DNA from: Methanothermus fervidus DSM 2088
GTDB lineage: Archaea; Methanobacteriota; Methanobacteria; DSM-2088; Methanothermaceae
Assembly (NCBI GenBank): GCA_000166095.1
Contig: CP002278.1
Span: 180,001-212,000 of the forward strand
Reading direction: 5' to 3'
DNA length: 32,000 nt
The notes under the pieces were generated by a model. That model saw only the letters and a program-made list of their open reading frames with translations, had not been told where the DNA came from and did not search any database. Numbering within the stretch: position 1 is the stretch's first letter; the number at the start of each line of letters is the position of its first letter. This document shows positions 11,528-23,845 of this stretch, piece after piece. The position numbers and the translations under genes were made by a program.

Positions 11528-12239
11528 GATTCTCTTTATTATTTCTATTTAAAAAAATATTTGCAGCTACTTTTCTTTCAATTTCTAAAGTTTTTTCAGA
11601 CGTTTTTATTTCTATTATTCCTGTAATTGGATTATTTTCAATTATTTTTATTTCATCTCCAATGTTAAGTCCCAAATCCATTACATTTTTAACAAATTTT
11701 TCATTACCCCTGATAAATGAAATGACCGCTCTTTTTCCTTCTTGCATATAAACAAGTGGGACAAGAATTAAATCTCTATAATTAAAGTTTTTAGATTTAG
11801 TACATTCAACACATGTTTTGAAATTGAAGTTACATGCAGGAATTACCCTTCCATGAGGACAACAGGTTGGAAATTTCAAAAACTGGCATAATTTTCTTTC
11901 CACTTCATCAGGTAGATTATGTTCCATCTTACATGCATATTCATGCACAAATTTTTTCTCTATTCCAAGAATTTCATATAGAAATTTTTCTAATAGTTGG
12001 TGTTTCCTAATAATATTTTCTGCAACCTTTATACCTTTGTTTGTTAATTTAGCTCCTTTATATGGATTATATTTAACGTAATTATCTCTTTTAAGTTTTA
12101 TTAACATTTGGGTCACGCTGGCAGGAGCAACGCCAAGATTTTTTGAAATCGATGAAGTTTTTGCATAAGAATATTTCTGACACAGCCTATATATTGTCTC
12201 TAAATACTCCTCTATATTTTGACTAATTTTTTTCTTCAC
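11520..12239 (-). CDS. DtxR/MntR family metal-dependent transcriptional regulator
   Basis: EEYLETIYRL...TSSISKNLGVAPASVTQMLIKLKRDNYVKYNPYKGAKLTNKG, HEYACKMEHNLPDEVERKLCQFLKFPTCCPHG, and a C-terminal FeoA/SH3-like domain. GTG start with SD gaggt (minus strand). Confidence 0.88.
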   Translation of the reverse strand: MKKKISQNIEEYLETIYRLCQKYSYAKTSSISKNLGVAPASVTQMLIKLKRDNYVKYNPYKGAKLTNKGIKVAENIIRKHQLLEKFLYEILGIEKKFVHEYACKMEHNLPDEVERKLCQFLKFPTCCPHGRVIPACNFNFKTCVECTKSKNFNYRDLILVPLVYMQEGKRAVISFIRGNEKFVKNVMDLGLNIGDEIKIIENNPITGIIEIKTSEKTLEIERKVAANIFLNRNNKENHG

Positions 12240-12297
12240 TATATCTACCTCACAGAAAATTATTACCTTACCTAAGTTTTTTGTGCCAATGTGAAAA

Positions 12298-12307
12298 TTT
12301 ATATATA
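12298..12307. promoter_or_regulatory. Predicted TATA element in the divergent region between the mntR-like gene and the small repeat protein
   Basis: tttatatata, the only strong archaeal TATA-like element between the divergent genes; could serve either strand. Confidence 0.45.
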
Positions 12308-12358
12308 GGTTATAATTTAGCTACTAATAAAGAACAGATATTGGTACCGGCTGATAAA

Positions 12359-12550
12359 ATGGAAAGTATGAGAATAGAGGAATATCGAGAGTTCATCAAT
12401 GAAATACTAGAATTTAAGGATCAGAACGGTACATTGCCCAAATATATTGTTTTGAATGGAGTTAAATTCAAAAAACATGAATATATTCAAATAATTGAAA
12501 CTATGAATGAATTCATTTTAGAAACTGGACGGAACCCAAAACGTATACAT

Positions 12551-12556
<6 letters not shown>
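12359..12556 (+). CDS. Small protein made of two tandem pseudomurein-binding-repeat-like motifs
   Basis: IEEYREFINEILEFKDQNGTLPKYI and KHEYIQIIETMNEFILETGRNPKRI align without gaps (9/25 identical), with the eY...F...ng.lPkyi pattern of PF09373-type repeats. The track start (TTG 12281) lies upstream of a strong TATA element, so I prefer the ATG at 12359. Confidence 0.55.
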
Positions 12557-14646
<2,090 letters not shown>

Positions 14647-15375
14647 CTAAAAACCTTTAATAATATTTTTAAGTTCTGAAACTGCAGAACGATGGATGTA
14701 ACCTTTGTTACGATCACCGCCAATACAAGCAGCGCCTCTTATGCCTACAATATCACATCCAATCTCATGTAATAATTTTACATGTTCTTTTTTCAATGAT
14801 CCAGCTAGTGCACACTTGAGACCATGATCGTGTGAATTTTCTACAAATTCTGCAAGTTCATTTAAATTTAAAAAATCTAAAAGGCATTTACCATCCTTTA
14901 TGGCTGTATCTAACATTGCAACATCTGCATCCGCATCTGCAGCTATGTTTGGAATTTCCATAGGATCTACAGAATTTACGCGTTTAGCATCTCCATAACC
15001 AGCTGCTACAACAAATGCTTCAGATTCACTATATTCTACAGTTTTAACAGCATTTTTCATAACTTCTAGTGCTTGTTCATAATTTTTAGTTCCATATAAT
15101 CCTATTTTTACATAGTCAGCTCCTGATGTTACTGCACCAAGTACAGCTAATGACACAGTTCCTGGTTTATAATCAATGTCACCTACAGTAGCGCTAAGTA
15201 ATTTATCTTTTGGTATTATTTCTTTTATAGATTTTATAACCCAAGGAAAATTCGCACCTAAAGATCCTTCTTTAGGATTTTTTACATCTATTATGTCTGC
15301 GCCACCTTCTATGGCTTCTTTCGCTTCTTTTGTATTAATTGGACTTACTAACAATAACAAATTACAACCCTCCAA
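14647..15375 (-). CDS. mfnB: (5-formylfuran-3-yl)methyl phosphate synthase (methanofuran biosynthesis)
   Basis: [71 protein letters not shown]. Confidence 0.9.
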   Translation of the reverse strand: MEGCNLLLLVSPINTKEAKEAIEGGADIIDVKNPKEGSLGANFPWVIKSIKEIIPKDKLLSATVGDIDYKPGTVSLAVLGAVTSGADYVKIGLYGTKNYEQALEVMKNAVKTVEYSESEAFVVAAGYGDAKRVNSVDPMEIPNIAADADADVAMLDTAIKDGKCLLDFLNLNELAEFVENSHDHGLKCALAGSLKKEHVKLLHEIGCDIVGIRGAACIGGDRNKGYIHRSAVSELKNIIKGF

Positions 15376-15433
15376 ATCTTAAAACTAACAAGATTATTTT
15401 TTATAAAAAGTGTTTTTTTATAAATAAAAATTT

Positions 15434-16582
15434 TTACTTTTTTGGTTTTGAAAGTATTTCTTTTAATTTCATTTCTAAAATTTTACCAATGTTGTCTCTA
15501 CTATATTCCTTGTATTTGTCTTTACATTCCTTTTTAAGTTTTGTGTAAAGTCTTTTATTTGTTAAAATTTTTTTAATTTTGTTAGCGAGGTCCACATAAT
15601 CTGTAGGCTTAAAGAATAAACCTCCTTTCATGCCTGTAGATTCAACTATTGCAGGGATTTTTGTTGCCACAAATGGAACTTGACAACCCATTGCTTCTAT
15701 AACTACGATTCCAAATCCTTCTACAATACTAGGAATACAAAAAACATGTGCAGATTTAATTATTTTTAGAACATCTTCATGTTTTTCGATAAATCCACAA
15801 AATTCTATGTTTTTTTCAATATTAAGTTTTTTTGTCAATTCCTTTAAGTAATTTAACATAGGACCTGTTCCTACAATCTTACATCTAATATTTGGGATAT
15901 CTTTTTTAATTATATGTATAGCTCTTATGAGATCTTCAACTCTTTTGTATTTTACAAGCCTTGAAACACATACTATTGTGGGATTATTACTTTTATCCAC
16001 TTCGGGTACATTTATATCCACGATATTTGGTATAACTTCAATTTTGTTGCTATCAGCATATTTTTTCAATTTATTTTTTGTATAGTTTGATACAGCAAAT
16101 ATTGCATCAAAGTTTCGTGAAAGATTAAATCTTTCTAAAAATTCCCCAAAAATACCACTTATACCTATATTTTTTGTCCATTCACCTATCCAAACATCAT
16201 GATAGCGAGCTACTACAGGTATGCCCTTACTTTTTGATATTAACCATGCAATAGAATGTGTAATAAAATTATAACCAATTACAATATCAAAATCAAATTT
16301 TCTACTTTTTAGATATGCATCTATCATAAAAATTATTCTTTTAAAAAAAGAACCACTTTGTGTGTATTTTCTTTCTAAACCACAAGTAATAACTTTTATT
16401 TTGCCGATTTTATATGAAGGAGGCATTCCTTTTTCTCTAGAAGTTAAGACAATTACATCATGATTTTTAGATAAATATAGTGCTTCATTAAATGCACAAC
16501 CTTCTGCTCCACCCCTAATCTCAAACTTTTCACTCCTTGGAAAATACTCAGTCACGATCCCTATCTTCATCTTCACCCTCAT
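15434..16582 (-). CDS. Glycosyltransferase family 4 (GT-B)
   Basis: IGIVTEYFP...RGGAEGCAFNEALYLSK, GIPVVARYHDVWIGEW, VEFCGFIEKHEDVLKIIKSAHVFCIPSIVEGFGIVVIEAMGCQVPFVA. The start may be the second Met (16570). Confidence 0.9.
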   Translation of the reverse strand: MRVKMKIGIVTEYFPRSEKFEIRGGAEGCAFNEALYLSKNHDVIVLTSREKGMPPSYKIGKIKVITCGLERKYTQSGSFFKRIIFMIDAYLKSRKFDFDIVIGYNFITHSIAWLISKSKGIPVVARYHDVWIGEWTKNIGISGIFGEFLERFNLSRNFDAIFAVSNYTKNKLKKYADSNKIEVIPNIVDINVPEVDKSNNPTIVCVSRLVKYKRVEDLIRAIHIIKKDIPNIRCKIVGTGPMLNYLKELTKKLNIEKNIEFCGFIEKHEDVLKIIKSAHVFCIPSIVEGFGIVVIEAMGCQVPFVATKIPAIVESTGMKGGLFFKPTDYVDLANKIKKILTNKRLYTKLKKECKDKYKEYSRDNIGKILEMKLKEILSKPKK

Positions 16583-16889
16583 TTAAGGCTAATTTGTGAA
16601 TAATCTCTGATATTTCGGTCTTTAAATCTTCTATCATTAAATATATTTTGAAAAGTAAGTAGTAACAACCAAGTATTGCTATTATTATAATAATGTCAAG
16701 TCCTCGTCCAATTCCAAAAATTTTGGCAAGTATGGTTGTAAATTTTGGAAATATAGATACTAACAATAAAAATGACCATACAAAAATCCAAAATATGAAG
16801 GGGGGAGAAGATATTTTTCCTTCTCTAAATTTTTTAATTGTTATTATGATCCCAATGATTGCAATAAAAAACGCAATTACATATATCAT
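16548..16889 (-). CDS. DUF2304 family small membrane protein
   Basis: Three hydrophobic segments with a FREGKISSPPFIFWIFVWSFLLLVSIFP signature, located between glycosyltransferase genes. Confidence 0.7.
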   Translation of the reverse strand: MIYVIAFFIAIIGIIITIKKFREGKISSPPFIFWIFVWSFLLLVSIFPKFTTILAKIFGIGRGLDIIIIIAILGCYYLLFKIYLMIEDLKTEISEIIHKLALNEGEDEDRDRD

Positions 16890-16902
16890 AACATATGCAC
16901 CT

Positions 16903-17589
16903 CTACCTTCTAAACCTGTTTATCATTATTCTAAGAGCTATTTTAATTCCTTCTATGGGATTAGTACCTTTATTTAGGCTATATTCAGTGTAAAGTGTTT
17001 TAATATTCACTTCTTCAATTTTAAGGTTTTTCCTTTTTATTTCTCCAATTATGTCAGACGAAACAGAATAACCACGTGAATAGATTTCTATTTTTTCTGC
17101 TGCATTCCTTGTAAAAGCTCTTAATCCACATTGCGAATCATTTACATGTAATCCATAAAAAAGAAATGTAATAAAGTTAAGTATGATATTTCCAATCCTT
17201 CTTGAGAATGGCATCTCTGAAAAATTTCGTTTACCAATTACAACATCTGCTTTGTCCCTTTTCAATACATTGAGAAGTTTTTGAATATCATCAGGGTCAT
17301 GCTGACCATCAGCATCAAAAGTGACTATGTAGTCAGCATTTTTTCTTAATGCAGCTTTTATTCCTGTCTTCAATGCTACTCCTAGTCCAGCATTAACTAT
17401 GTGGTGATATACATGTAACTTGTCCCTATATTTTGATTTTAACTTCTTCAATATTTCCCTTGTCCTATCTTCAGATCCGTCGTTTACAACAACCACTTCA
17501 TAATTTCTTTCGCATAATTCAGTTACTACCTCTTCAATATGTTTTTCTTCATTATATGCTGGAACTACTACCATTACTTTATCTACCAT
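16903..17589 (-). CDS. Glycosyltransferase family 2 (dolichyl-phosphate sugar transferase-like)
   Basis: VVVPAYNEEKHIEEVV, VVVNDGSEDRTREIL, YIVTFDADGQHDPDDI, SQCGLRAFTR. Confidence 0.9.
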   Translation of the reverse strand: MVDKVMVVVPAYNEEKHIEEVVTELCERNYEVVVVNDGSEDRTREILKKLKSKYRDKLHVYHHIVNAGLGVALKTGIKAALRKNADYIVTFDADGQHDPDDIQKLLNVLKRDKADVVIGKRNFSEMPFSRRIGNIILNFITFLFYGLHVNDSQCGLRAFTRNAAEKIEIYSRGYSVSSDIIGEIKRKNLKIEEVNIKTLYTEYSLNKGTNPIEGIKIALRIMINRFRR

Positions 17590-18191
17590 TTTTCCCCACG
17601 ATGCAACTTTAATGCAACCCTAGCAACTCTTCTTCCAAGGTTTTCAGAAGTTTCAATGCCTACATCATCATCTTTACAATCTCCCACGGCAAATCCAACC
17701 CCTGTGCCTCCATAGTGAGCTGTTGGTGATGCATCGCCAACAACTATAGCTTCATGAATTAGGAAGAAATTATGTATTGACATGCATGAAGTTTCTTGGC
17801 CTCCATTACGTGATCCACCGACTGTTATTGCACCTCCAACTTTATCTCTCATTTCAAACCCATTTGCACGAAGAGGCAATGTTCTATCCATGAAAATTTT
17901 TGTTTGAGCAGATATGTCTCCAAAGTAAACTGGGCTTCCAATAATTATTCCTTGACTTTCTCTTATTTTATCTAAGATTTTACCCATGTCATCATCTATT
18001 GAACATCTTCCTTCCTTTCTACAAGTCATACAAGATTTGCATGGATTTATATCATATTTTGCTAAATGTATAAGTTCTGTTTCAGCTCCTTCTTCTTCTG
18101 CAGCTTTTAATGCTTTTTCAACTAAAAATTTTGTATTACCTTCAAGTCTAGGACTTCCAACTATTCCTATAACCTTAACCATATAATTCAC
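17583..18191 (-). CDS. Iron-sulfur flavoprotein / NADPH-dependent FMN reductase family protein
   Basis: GIVGSPRLEGNTKFLVEKAL, CKSCMTCRKEGRCSIDDDM, GIIIGSPVYFGDISAQTKIFMDR, GGSRNGGQE. Confidence 0.85.
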   Translation of the reverse strand: MNYMVKVIGIVGSPRLEGNTKFLVEKALKAAEEEGAETELIHLAKYDINPCKSCMTCRKEGRCSIDDDMGKILDKIRESQGIIIGSPVYFGDISAQTKIFMDRTLPLRANGFEMRDKVGGAITVGGSRNGGQETSCMSIHNFFLIHEAIVVGDASPTAHYGGTGVGFAVGDCKDDDVGIETSENLGRRVARVALKLHRGEKW

Positions 18192-18195
18192 CTCC

Positions 18196-19537
<1,342 letters not shown>

Positions 19538-19567
19538 GGTAACACCTCAATTTAAGAATGGAAAAAG

Positions 19568-19577
19568 TTATATATAA
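19568..19577 (+). promoter_or_regulatory. Predicted TATA box for the tRNA pair
   Basis: TTATATATAA centred about 27 nt upstream of the first base of tRNA-Val. Confidence 0.6.
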
Positions 19578-19598
19578 CCACTTCTAAAAAAATAAAAT

Positions 19599-19672
19599 GG
19601 GCCGGTGGTCTAGTGGCCTAGGATGCCTCCCTGACGAGGAGGTGGTCGCGAGTTCGAATCTCGTCCGGCCCA
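19599..19672 (+). tRNA. tRNA-Val (anticodon GAC, 19633-19635)
   Basis: Acceptor GGGCCGG/CCGGCCC with discriminator A; anticodon stem-loop CCTCC-CTGACGA-GGAGG; T arm GCGAG-TTCGAAT-CTCGT. CCA not encoded. Confidence 0.96.
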
Positions 19673-19675
19673 CTT

Positions 19676-19749
19676 GCCGTGGTAGTTCAGCCTGGGAGAA
19701 CGCCGGACTGAAGATCCGGTTGTCGCCGGTTCAAATCCGGCCCACGGCA
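19676..19749 (+). tRNA. tRNA-Phe (anticodon GAA, 19710-19712)
   Basis: Acceptor GCCGTGG/CCACGGC with discriminator A; anticodon stem-loop CCGGA-CTGAAGA-TCCGG; T arm GCCGG-TTCAAAT-CCGGC. CCA not encoded. Confidence 0.96.
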
Positions 19750-21014
19750 TCTCCTTTTAAATATGTAGAGGTTGCTTCTTTTATTTTAACTTTTATGATT
19801 TCTCCTGGTTTTCCACTATTGACAATTACTGGGATATATGAACTTGTTCTGCCAATATATCCGCCTTTTTTACCTTTCTCAACAATAAGTACTTTTTGCT
19901 CTGTTCCTACTAGCTTCTTATTTTCTTCCCTCATTATTTTATTTTTTATTTCCTCAATAATTCTTGATCGTTCTTTAACCTCATTATGGTCCAATTCATC
20001 GAGTTTTGAAGATTTTGCTCCGGGACGATGTGCATATCTTGAGGAATGTATGAAGTTGGGTTTTATCTCATTCAAAAGTTCGCATGTCTTCTTAAAGTCC
20101 TCTCTACTTTCTGTTGGAAATCCAACAATGATATCTGTTGCTATACTAATTTCTGGAATTTTTTTTCTGAATTTTCTTACAATCTTTTTGAAATCTTTGA
20201 CTTTATAACCTCTGTTCATGTCCCTCAGTACTTTGTCGCTACCGCTTTGAACAGGTAAATGTAAAAATTTGTATATTTTTTCAGAATCATAGGCATCTAC
20301 CAATTCATCCAAAATTTTTTTAACGTTTTTAGGATGCATCATTCCGACTCTGATCTTAAATTTTCCATCTAAGGATGTTATTTTATTTATTAATGTGGGT
20401 AAGTCACATCCAATATCTCTGCCATATGCTGCAGTATCTTGTGCAGTTAGTTGTATTTCCACACAACCATCTTCTATTGCTTTTTTAACATCTTTTACAA
20501 TAGAATCAAGAGGATAACTATATAGTCTACCTCTTGCAAACCTTGTACAACAGTAACTACAGTTGCCTAGACATCCTTCACAAATTTGAACGATATGGAT
20601 GTGAGAATTAAATCTCTTTTTAGGCATCTCAACCTTAATTTTTGAGTCTTTGCCATATACTTTCTTTTTGTTACCATTTATTACGGATTTTACAACTTCT
20701 GGGGCTTTATGGAGTTTGTGAGGTCCCAACCAAGCAGATTCCGGTGCTATTTTTTTTAATTTTTCAGGATCTATTTCAACCATGCATCCAGCTACTATTA
20801 ACTCTTTTGATTTGTAAGTATTTTGCAATTCTCTAATTCTGTTAATAATTTTGTGTTCAGTTGGCTGTTTTACATAACATGTGTTTAAAATTATGACATC
20901 TGCTTCATCTATACTGTCAACTACCTTAATGTTTTCTTTTTCTAATATTCCTGCAATTATTTGTGAATCTGCTTTATTATATGTACATCCATAGGTTTCT
21001 ATGTAGACTTTCAT
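19731..21014 (-). CDS. tRNA (N6-threonylcarbamoyladenosine(37)-C2)-methylthiotransferase, archaeal/CDKAL1-like
   Basis: VYIETYGCTYNKADSQIIAGIL, NTCYVKQPTE, CLGNCSYCCTRFARGRLYSYP radical SAM motif, C-terminal TRAM-like domain. Confidence 0.93.
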   Translation of the reverse strand: MKVYIETYGCTYNKADSQIIAGILEKENIKVVDSIDEADVIILNTCYVKQPTEHKIINRIRELQNTYKSKELIVAGCMVEIDPEKLKKIAPESAWLGPHKLHKAPEVVKSVINGNKKKVYGKDSKIKVEMPKKRFNSHIHIVQICEGCLGNCSYCCTRFARGRLYSYPLDSIVKDVKKAIEDGCVEIQLTAQDTAAYGRDIGCDLPTLINKITSLDGKFKIRVGMMHPKNVKKILDELVDAYDSEKIYKFLHLPVQSGSDKVLRDMNRGYKVKDFKKIVRKFRKKIPEISIATDIIVGFPTESREDFKKTCELLNEIKPNFIHSSRYAHRPGAKSSKLDELDHNEVKERSRIIEEIKNKIMREENKKLVGTEQKVLIVEKGKKGGYIGRTSSYIPVIVNSGKPGEIIKVKIKEATSTYLKGDAVGRI

Positions 21015-21100
21015 GGTTCCTGATCATCATGTTTTTGACAAAAAAAGTAGATTTCTATATTTTAGTTTTAAAATTTTAAATAAATAAATTTTTTTGGAAT

Positions 21101-21754
21101 TTATTCTTTCCATCCATATTTACCAATAAGGGGTACGAATGCAACTCCCCCTAAATTATGCGTTTCATATTTATTTTCTTTTATCTTTTCAACTAAAATG
21201 AGATTTTGATAAAATCTACTACTCCCCACAGGTATTAATAATTTTCCTCCAACCTTTAATTGTTTTTTTAAAGGAGGAGGTATTTGCGGAGCAGAAGCAG
21301 TTACATATATACGATCATATGGTGCTGCATCTGGGTAGCCAAGTGTACCATCTCCAAATATTACTGTCACTCTGTCATCATACCCAAGTCTCTTTAAATT
21401 ATTTTTTGCCATATTGTATAATGATTTTATGCGTTCTATACTATAAACATGGCCTTCTTTCCCCACAATTTCAGCCACAACAGCAGCATTGTATCCACAG
21501 CCTGCTCCAATCTCAAGAACTTTCATCCCTTTCTTAAGATCAAGAACTTCACATATCATTGCAACCATATGTGGTGCTGAGACTGTTTGTCCTTCTCCAA
21601 TTGGTAATGGCTGATCTAAATATGCATATCGCCTCTGATCAGGTGGTAAGAATTCTTCCCTAGGTACTTTTTCCATTGCTTTTCTAACAGCCTCAGATTT
21701 TATATATCCCATCTCAACAAGCTCTCTTATCAATCTTTCTTTCTCATTTTTCAA
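21101..21754 (-). CDS. pcm: Protein-L-isoaspartate O-methyltransferase
   Basis: [88 protein letters not shown]. Confidence 0.96.
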   Translation of the reverse strand: MKNEKERLIRELVEMGYIKSEAVRKAMEKVPREEFLPPDQRRYAYLDQPLPIGEGQTVSAPHMVAMICEVLDLKKGMKVLEIGAGCGYNAAVVAEIVGKEGHVYSIERIKSLYNMAKNNLKRLGYDDRVTVIFGDGTLGYPDAAPYDRIYVTASAPQIPPPLKKQLKVGGKLLIPVGSSRFYQNLILVEKIKENKYETHNLGGVAFVPLIGKYGWKE

Positions 21755-22374
21755 CTAATCACCAAAGAAGTTAGATCATATTTATATGGAGCATCTGGCT
21801 TTAGAGGAACTGTATATAATCTTTTTATATTCTTAGCTTTATCAGAACCAGTTCTTATTGTTTTCTTTTTGGTTCTTATAGCTCTTATCTTAACTACATG
21901 TTTACCTATTTTTATTGTGTCACCTATCCCAAAAGTAAGATTCCTATCAACCTCTAATTTTTTAGATAATATTTCACCACCAAAGTCAATTGATAATCCT
22001 ATTCTTGCAGGTTTTTCTAATGTGACAGTCCAAAGAGTATCTATATCCTGTGCTTTACATTTTTTAACTCTGGTACCATCACTTTTTTCAATAGATGTTA
22101 TTTTTGATGCTCCACTTTCAGTTTGTATTATATCTCCAACAGAAAATTTTTTACTTGGTAATACAAAAATTTTTTCTTTCCAAGATTTTTCATATTTACT
22201 TACAATTACATTTATTTTTATTGGTATTTCACGTCCTAAAACATCTCTAAAGACTGTGTCACACTTCCTACATCTAAACAATGCTCTTTTAATTTCTTTA
22301 TGTTTCTTTATTTCTGTTTCAGACTTTAAAATCTCAAGATCTCTTGATCCACAATTAGGACATTTCATACTCAT
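21751..22374 (-). CDS. HVO_0476-like zinc-finger protein
   Basis: [12 protein letters not shown]...[12 protein letters not shown] zinc ribbon, then a basic beta-rich domain ([38 protein letters not shown]). Confidence 0.7.
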   Translation of the reverse strand: MSMKCPNCGSRDLEILKSETEIKKHKEIKRALFRCRKCDTVFRDVLGREIPIKINVIVSKYEKSWKEKIFVLPSKKFSVGDIIQTESGASKITSIEKSDGTRVKKCKAQDIDTLWTVTLEKPARIGLSIDFGGEILSKKLEVDRNLTFGIGDTIKIGKHVVKIRAIRTKKKTIRTGSDKAKNIKRLYTVPLKPDAPYKYDLTSLVIS

Positions 22375-22381
22375 TCCTCAT

Positions 22382-22870
22382 TTAAAAAGAATGTTGATTT
22401 CTCTTTAAATATTGTATAATTCCTCCTGCTTTCAAAATATCAAGAATAAATTTATTATATGGCTTTGCTTTAAACACTTTCCCTGTTGTTACATTATGTA
22501 TAATCCCTTCCTCCAATTTAATTTCTAAAAGATCACCGTCACTAGCATTTACATTTGAAATAATTGCTGGTAGTCCTATATTTATAGAATTTCTAAAAAA
22601 TATTCTGGCAAACGATTTAGCGACGATGGCCGAAATGCCTAAATGTTTAAGTACTTTTGCCGCCTGTTCCCTAGATGATCCACATCCAAAATTATTTCCA
22701 GCCACTATTATGTCACCTTTTTTAACTTTTTTTGGAAATTCAGGCCTTATTGGTTCCATTGCATGAGATGCTAGCTCATCTAAATTAAAAGTTCTTAAAT
22801 ACCTTCCAGGGATTATTGTATCTGTATCGATATTGTCACCAAATTTCCAAACTTTACCTTTGATTATCAT
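22382..22870 (-). CDS. leuD: 3-isopropylmalate / homoaconitate hydratase-family small subunit
   Basis: GKVWKFGDNIDTDTIIPGRYLRTFNLDELASHAMEPIRPEF, IIVAGNNFGCGSSREQAAKVLK, AKSFARIFFRNSINIGLP. Substrate specificity is not resolved. Confidence 0.88.
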   Translation of the reverse strand: MIIKGKVWKFGDNIDTDTIIPGRYLRTFNLDELASHAMEPIRPEFPKKVKKGDIIVAGNNFGCGSSREQAAKVLKHLGISAIVAKSFARIFFRNSINIGLPAIISNVNASDGDLLEIKLEEGIIHNVTTGKVFKAKPYNKFILDILKAGGIIQYLKRNQHSF

Positions 22871-23841
22871 TTTTTAATTTCAGCTCCTTTGTTTTGTGCA
22901 TTAGTTATTATAACCTCACCTTCATCTCCTATCACTTCTCTAGCTGCATTTGCAATGTCTTTTGCATTACTATCTGTAATTCCATATACGGTTGGGCCAA
23001 ATGAGCTCATACCAGCACATACTGCACCAGCGCTTTTCATATTTTCTATAATTTTGTCTACATATTTACTTTGCAATTCTCTTTCTATTTTTTTGAAACC
23101 TAAATTTTGAATTTTGTTTATACAATCTCCGAACTCTTCTATATCTTTCTCAATCAATGCAGGCAACATTTTCATGAGTATTATGTGACATATTTTCTCA
23201 ACATCTCTTAATGGGATGGGACAATATTTTTTAAAAATATTAACTTCCTTGTTTCCAGATATTGACCTACCACTATATGGCATTGCAACTATAATTTTCC
23301 AATCTTTTGGAAAATTGTAATTTACAAGAATTGGAGGTGGAGAAGCCTTGGAAGCTGAAGATGGAAGAAAATCCTTTTTTTCTGATGTACTATGTCCACC
23401 ATCTACAATAAATCCACCATTTTCAAAAGCTGCTACTCCTATCCCAGATGTTCCTCCACGACCAACTATTTTTGCTAGTGATCTTGCATCACATTCATAA
23501 CCTAAATAATGACTTATTATTTTTGCTGTTGCCAGTGCAGTTTGTGTTCCTGATCCTAATCCTGCATGTGCTGGATATGTTTTTTTTACATTAAACTCAA
23601 AATTAGTATTTTCATCAAAATAATCTAGAGTTTTTTCCGTAGCCATTTTTATTTTATTTATATATTCTTTTTCACTATAAACTTTACCACTAAATTCTAT
23701 CTTACTTCTCTCTGCAGGTTCACCTTTTATTACAATAGATGGTTTTTTCAATGTAATTCCAATTCCACCATCAATTCTTCCTATTTTTCCATTTAAATCT
23801 ATTAAAGTTATATGCAACCTTGAAGGTGTTTTTACTTCCAT
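22867..23841 (-). CDS. mptG: Beta-ribofuranosylaminobenzene 5'-phosphate synthase (methanopterin biosynthesis)
   Basis: SRLHITLIDLNGKIGRIDGGIGITLKKP, YPAHAGLGSGTQTALATAKII, GRGGTSGIGVAAFENGGFIVDGGHS; GHMP-like. Confidence 0.88.
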   Translation of the reverse strand: MEVKTPSRLHITLIDLNGKIGRIDGGIGITLKKPSIVIKGEPAERSKIEFSGKVYSEKEYINKIKMATEKTLDYFDENTNFEFNVKKTYPAHAGLGSGTQTALATAKIISHYLGYECDARSLAKIVGRGGTSGIGVAAFENGGFIVDGGHSTSEKKDFLPSSASKASPPPILVNYNFPKDWKIIVAMPYSGRSISGNKEVNIFKKYCPIPLRDVEKICHIILMKMLPALIEKDIEEFGDCINKIQNLGFKKIERELQSKYVDKIIENMKSAGAVCAGMSSFGPTVYGITDSNAKDIANAAREVIGDEGEVIITNAQNKGAEIKK

Positions 23842-23845
23842 GATA

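Noticed and set aside
12281-12358. N-terminal extension MCQCENLYIGYNLATNKEQILVPADK of the small repeat protein, with a CxC motif
   Set aside because: It would start at a TTG upstream of and across the strong TATA element at 12298-12307, so it is probably not translated.
19597-20208. 203 aa plus-strand ORF in the supplied track
   Set aside because: It runs through both tRNAs and then antisense to the methylthiotransferase gene. The protein has no family motif and is best read as a shadow ORF.
21015-21045. Minus-strand ATGATGA resembling a C/D-box sRNA box C
   Set aside because: No CTGA box D at suitable spacing and no C'/D' pair; the motif lies just upstream of the methylthiotransferase start.
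21869-22408. 179 aa plus-strand ORF
   Set aside because: Antisense to the HVO_0476-like zinc-finger gene, with no recognisable motif or start context.
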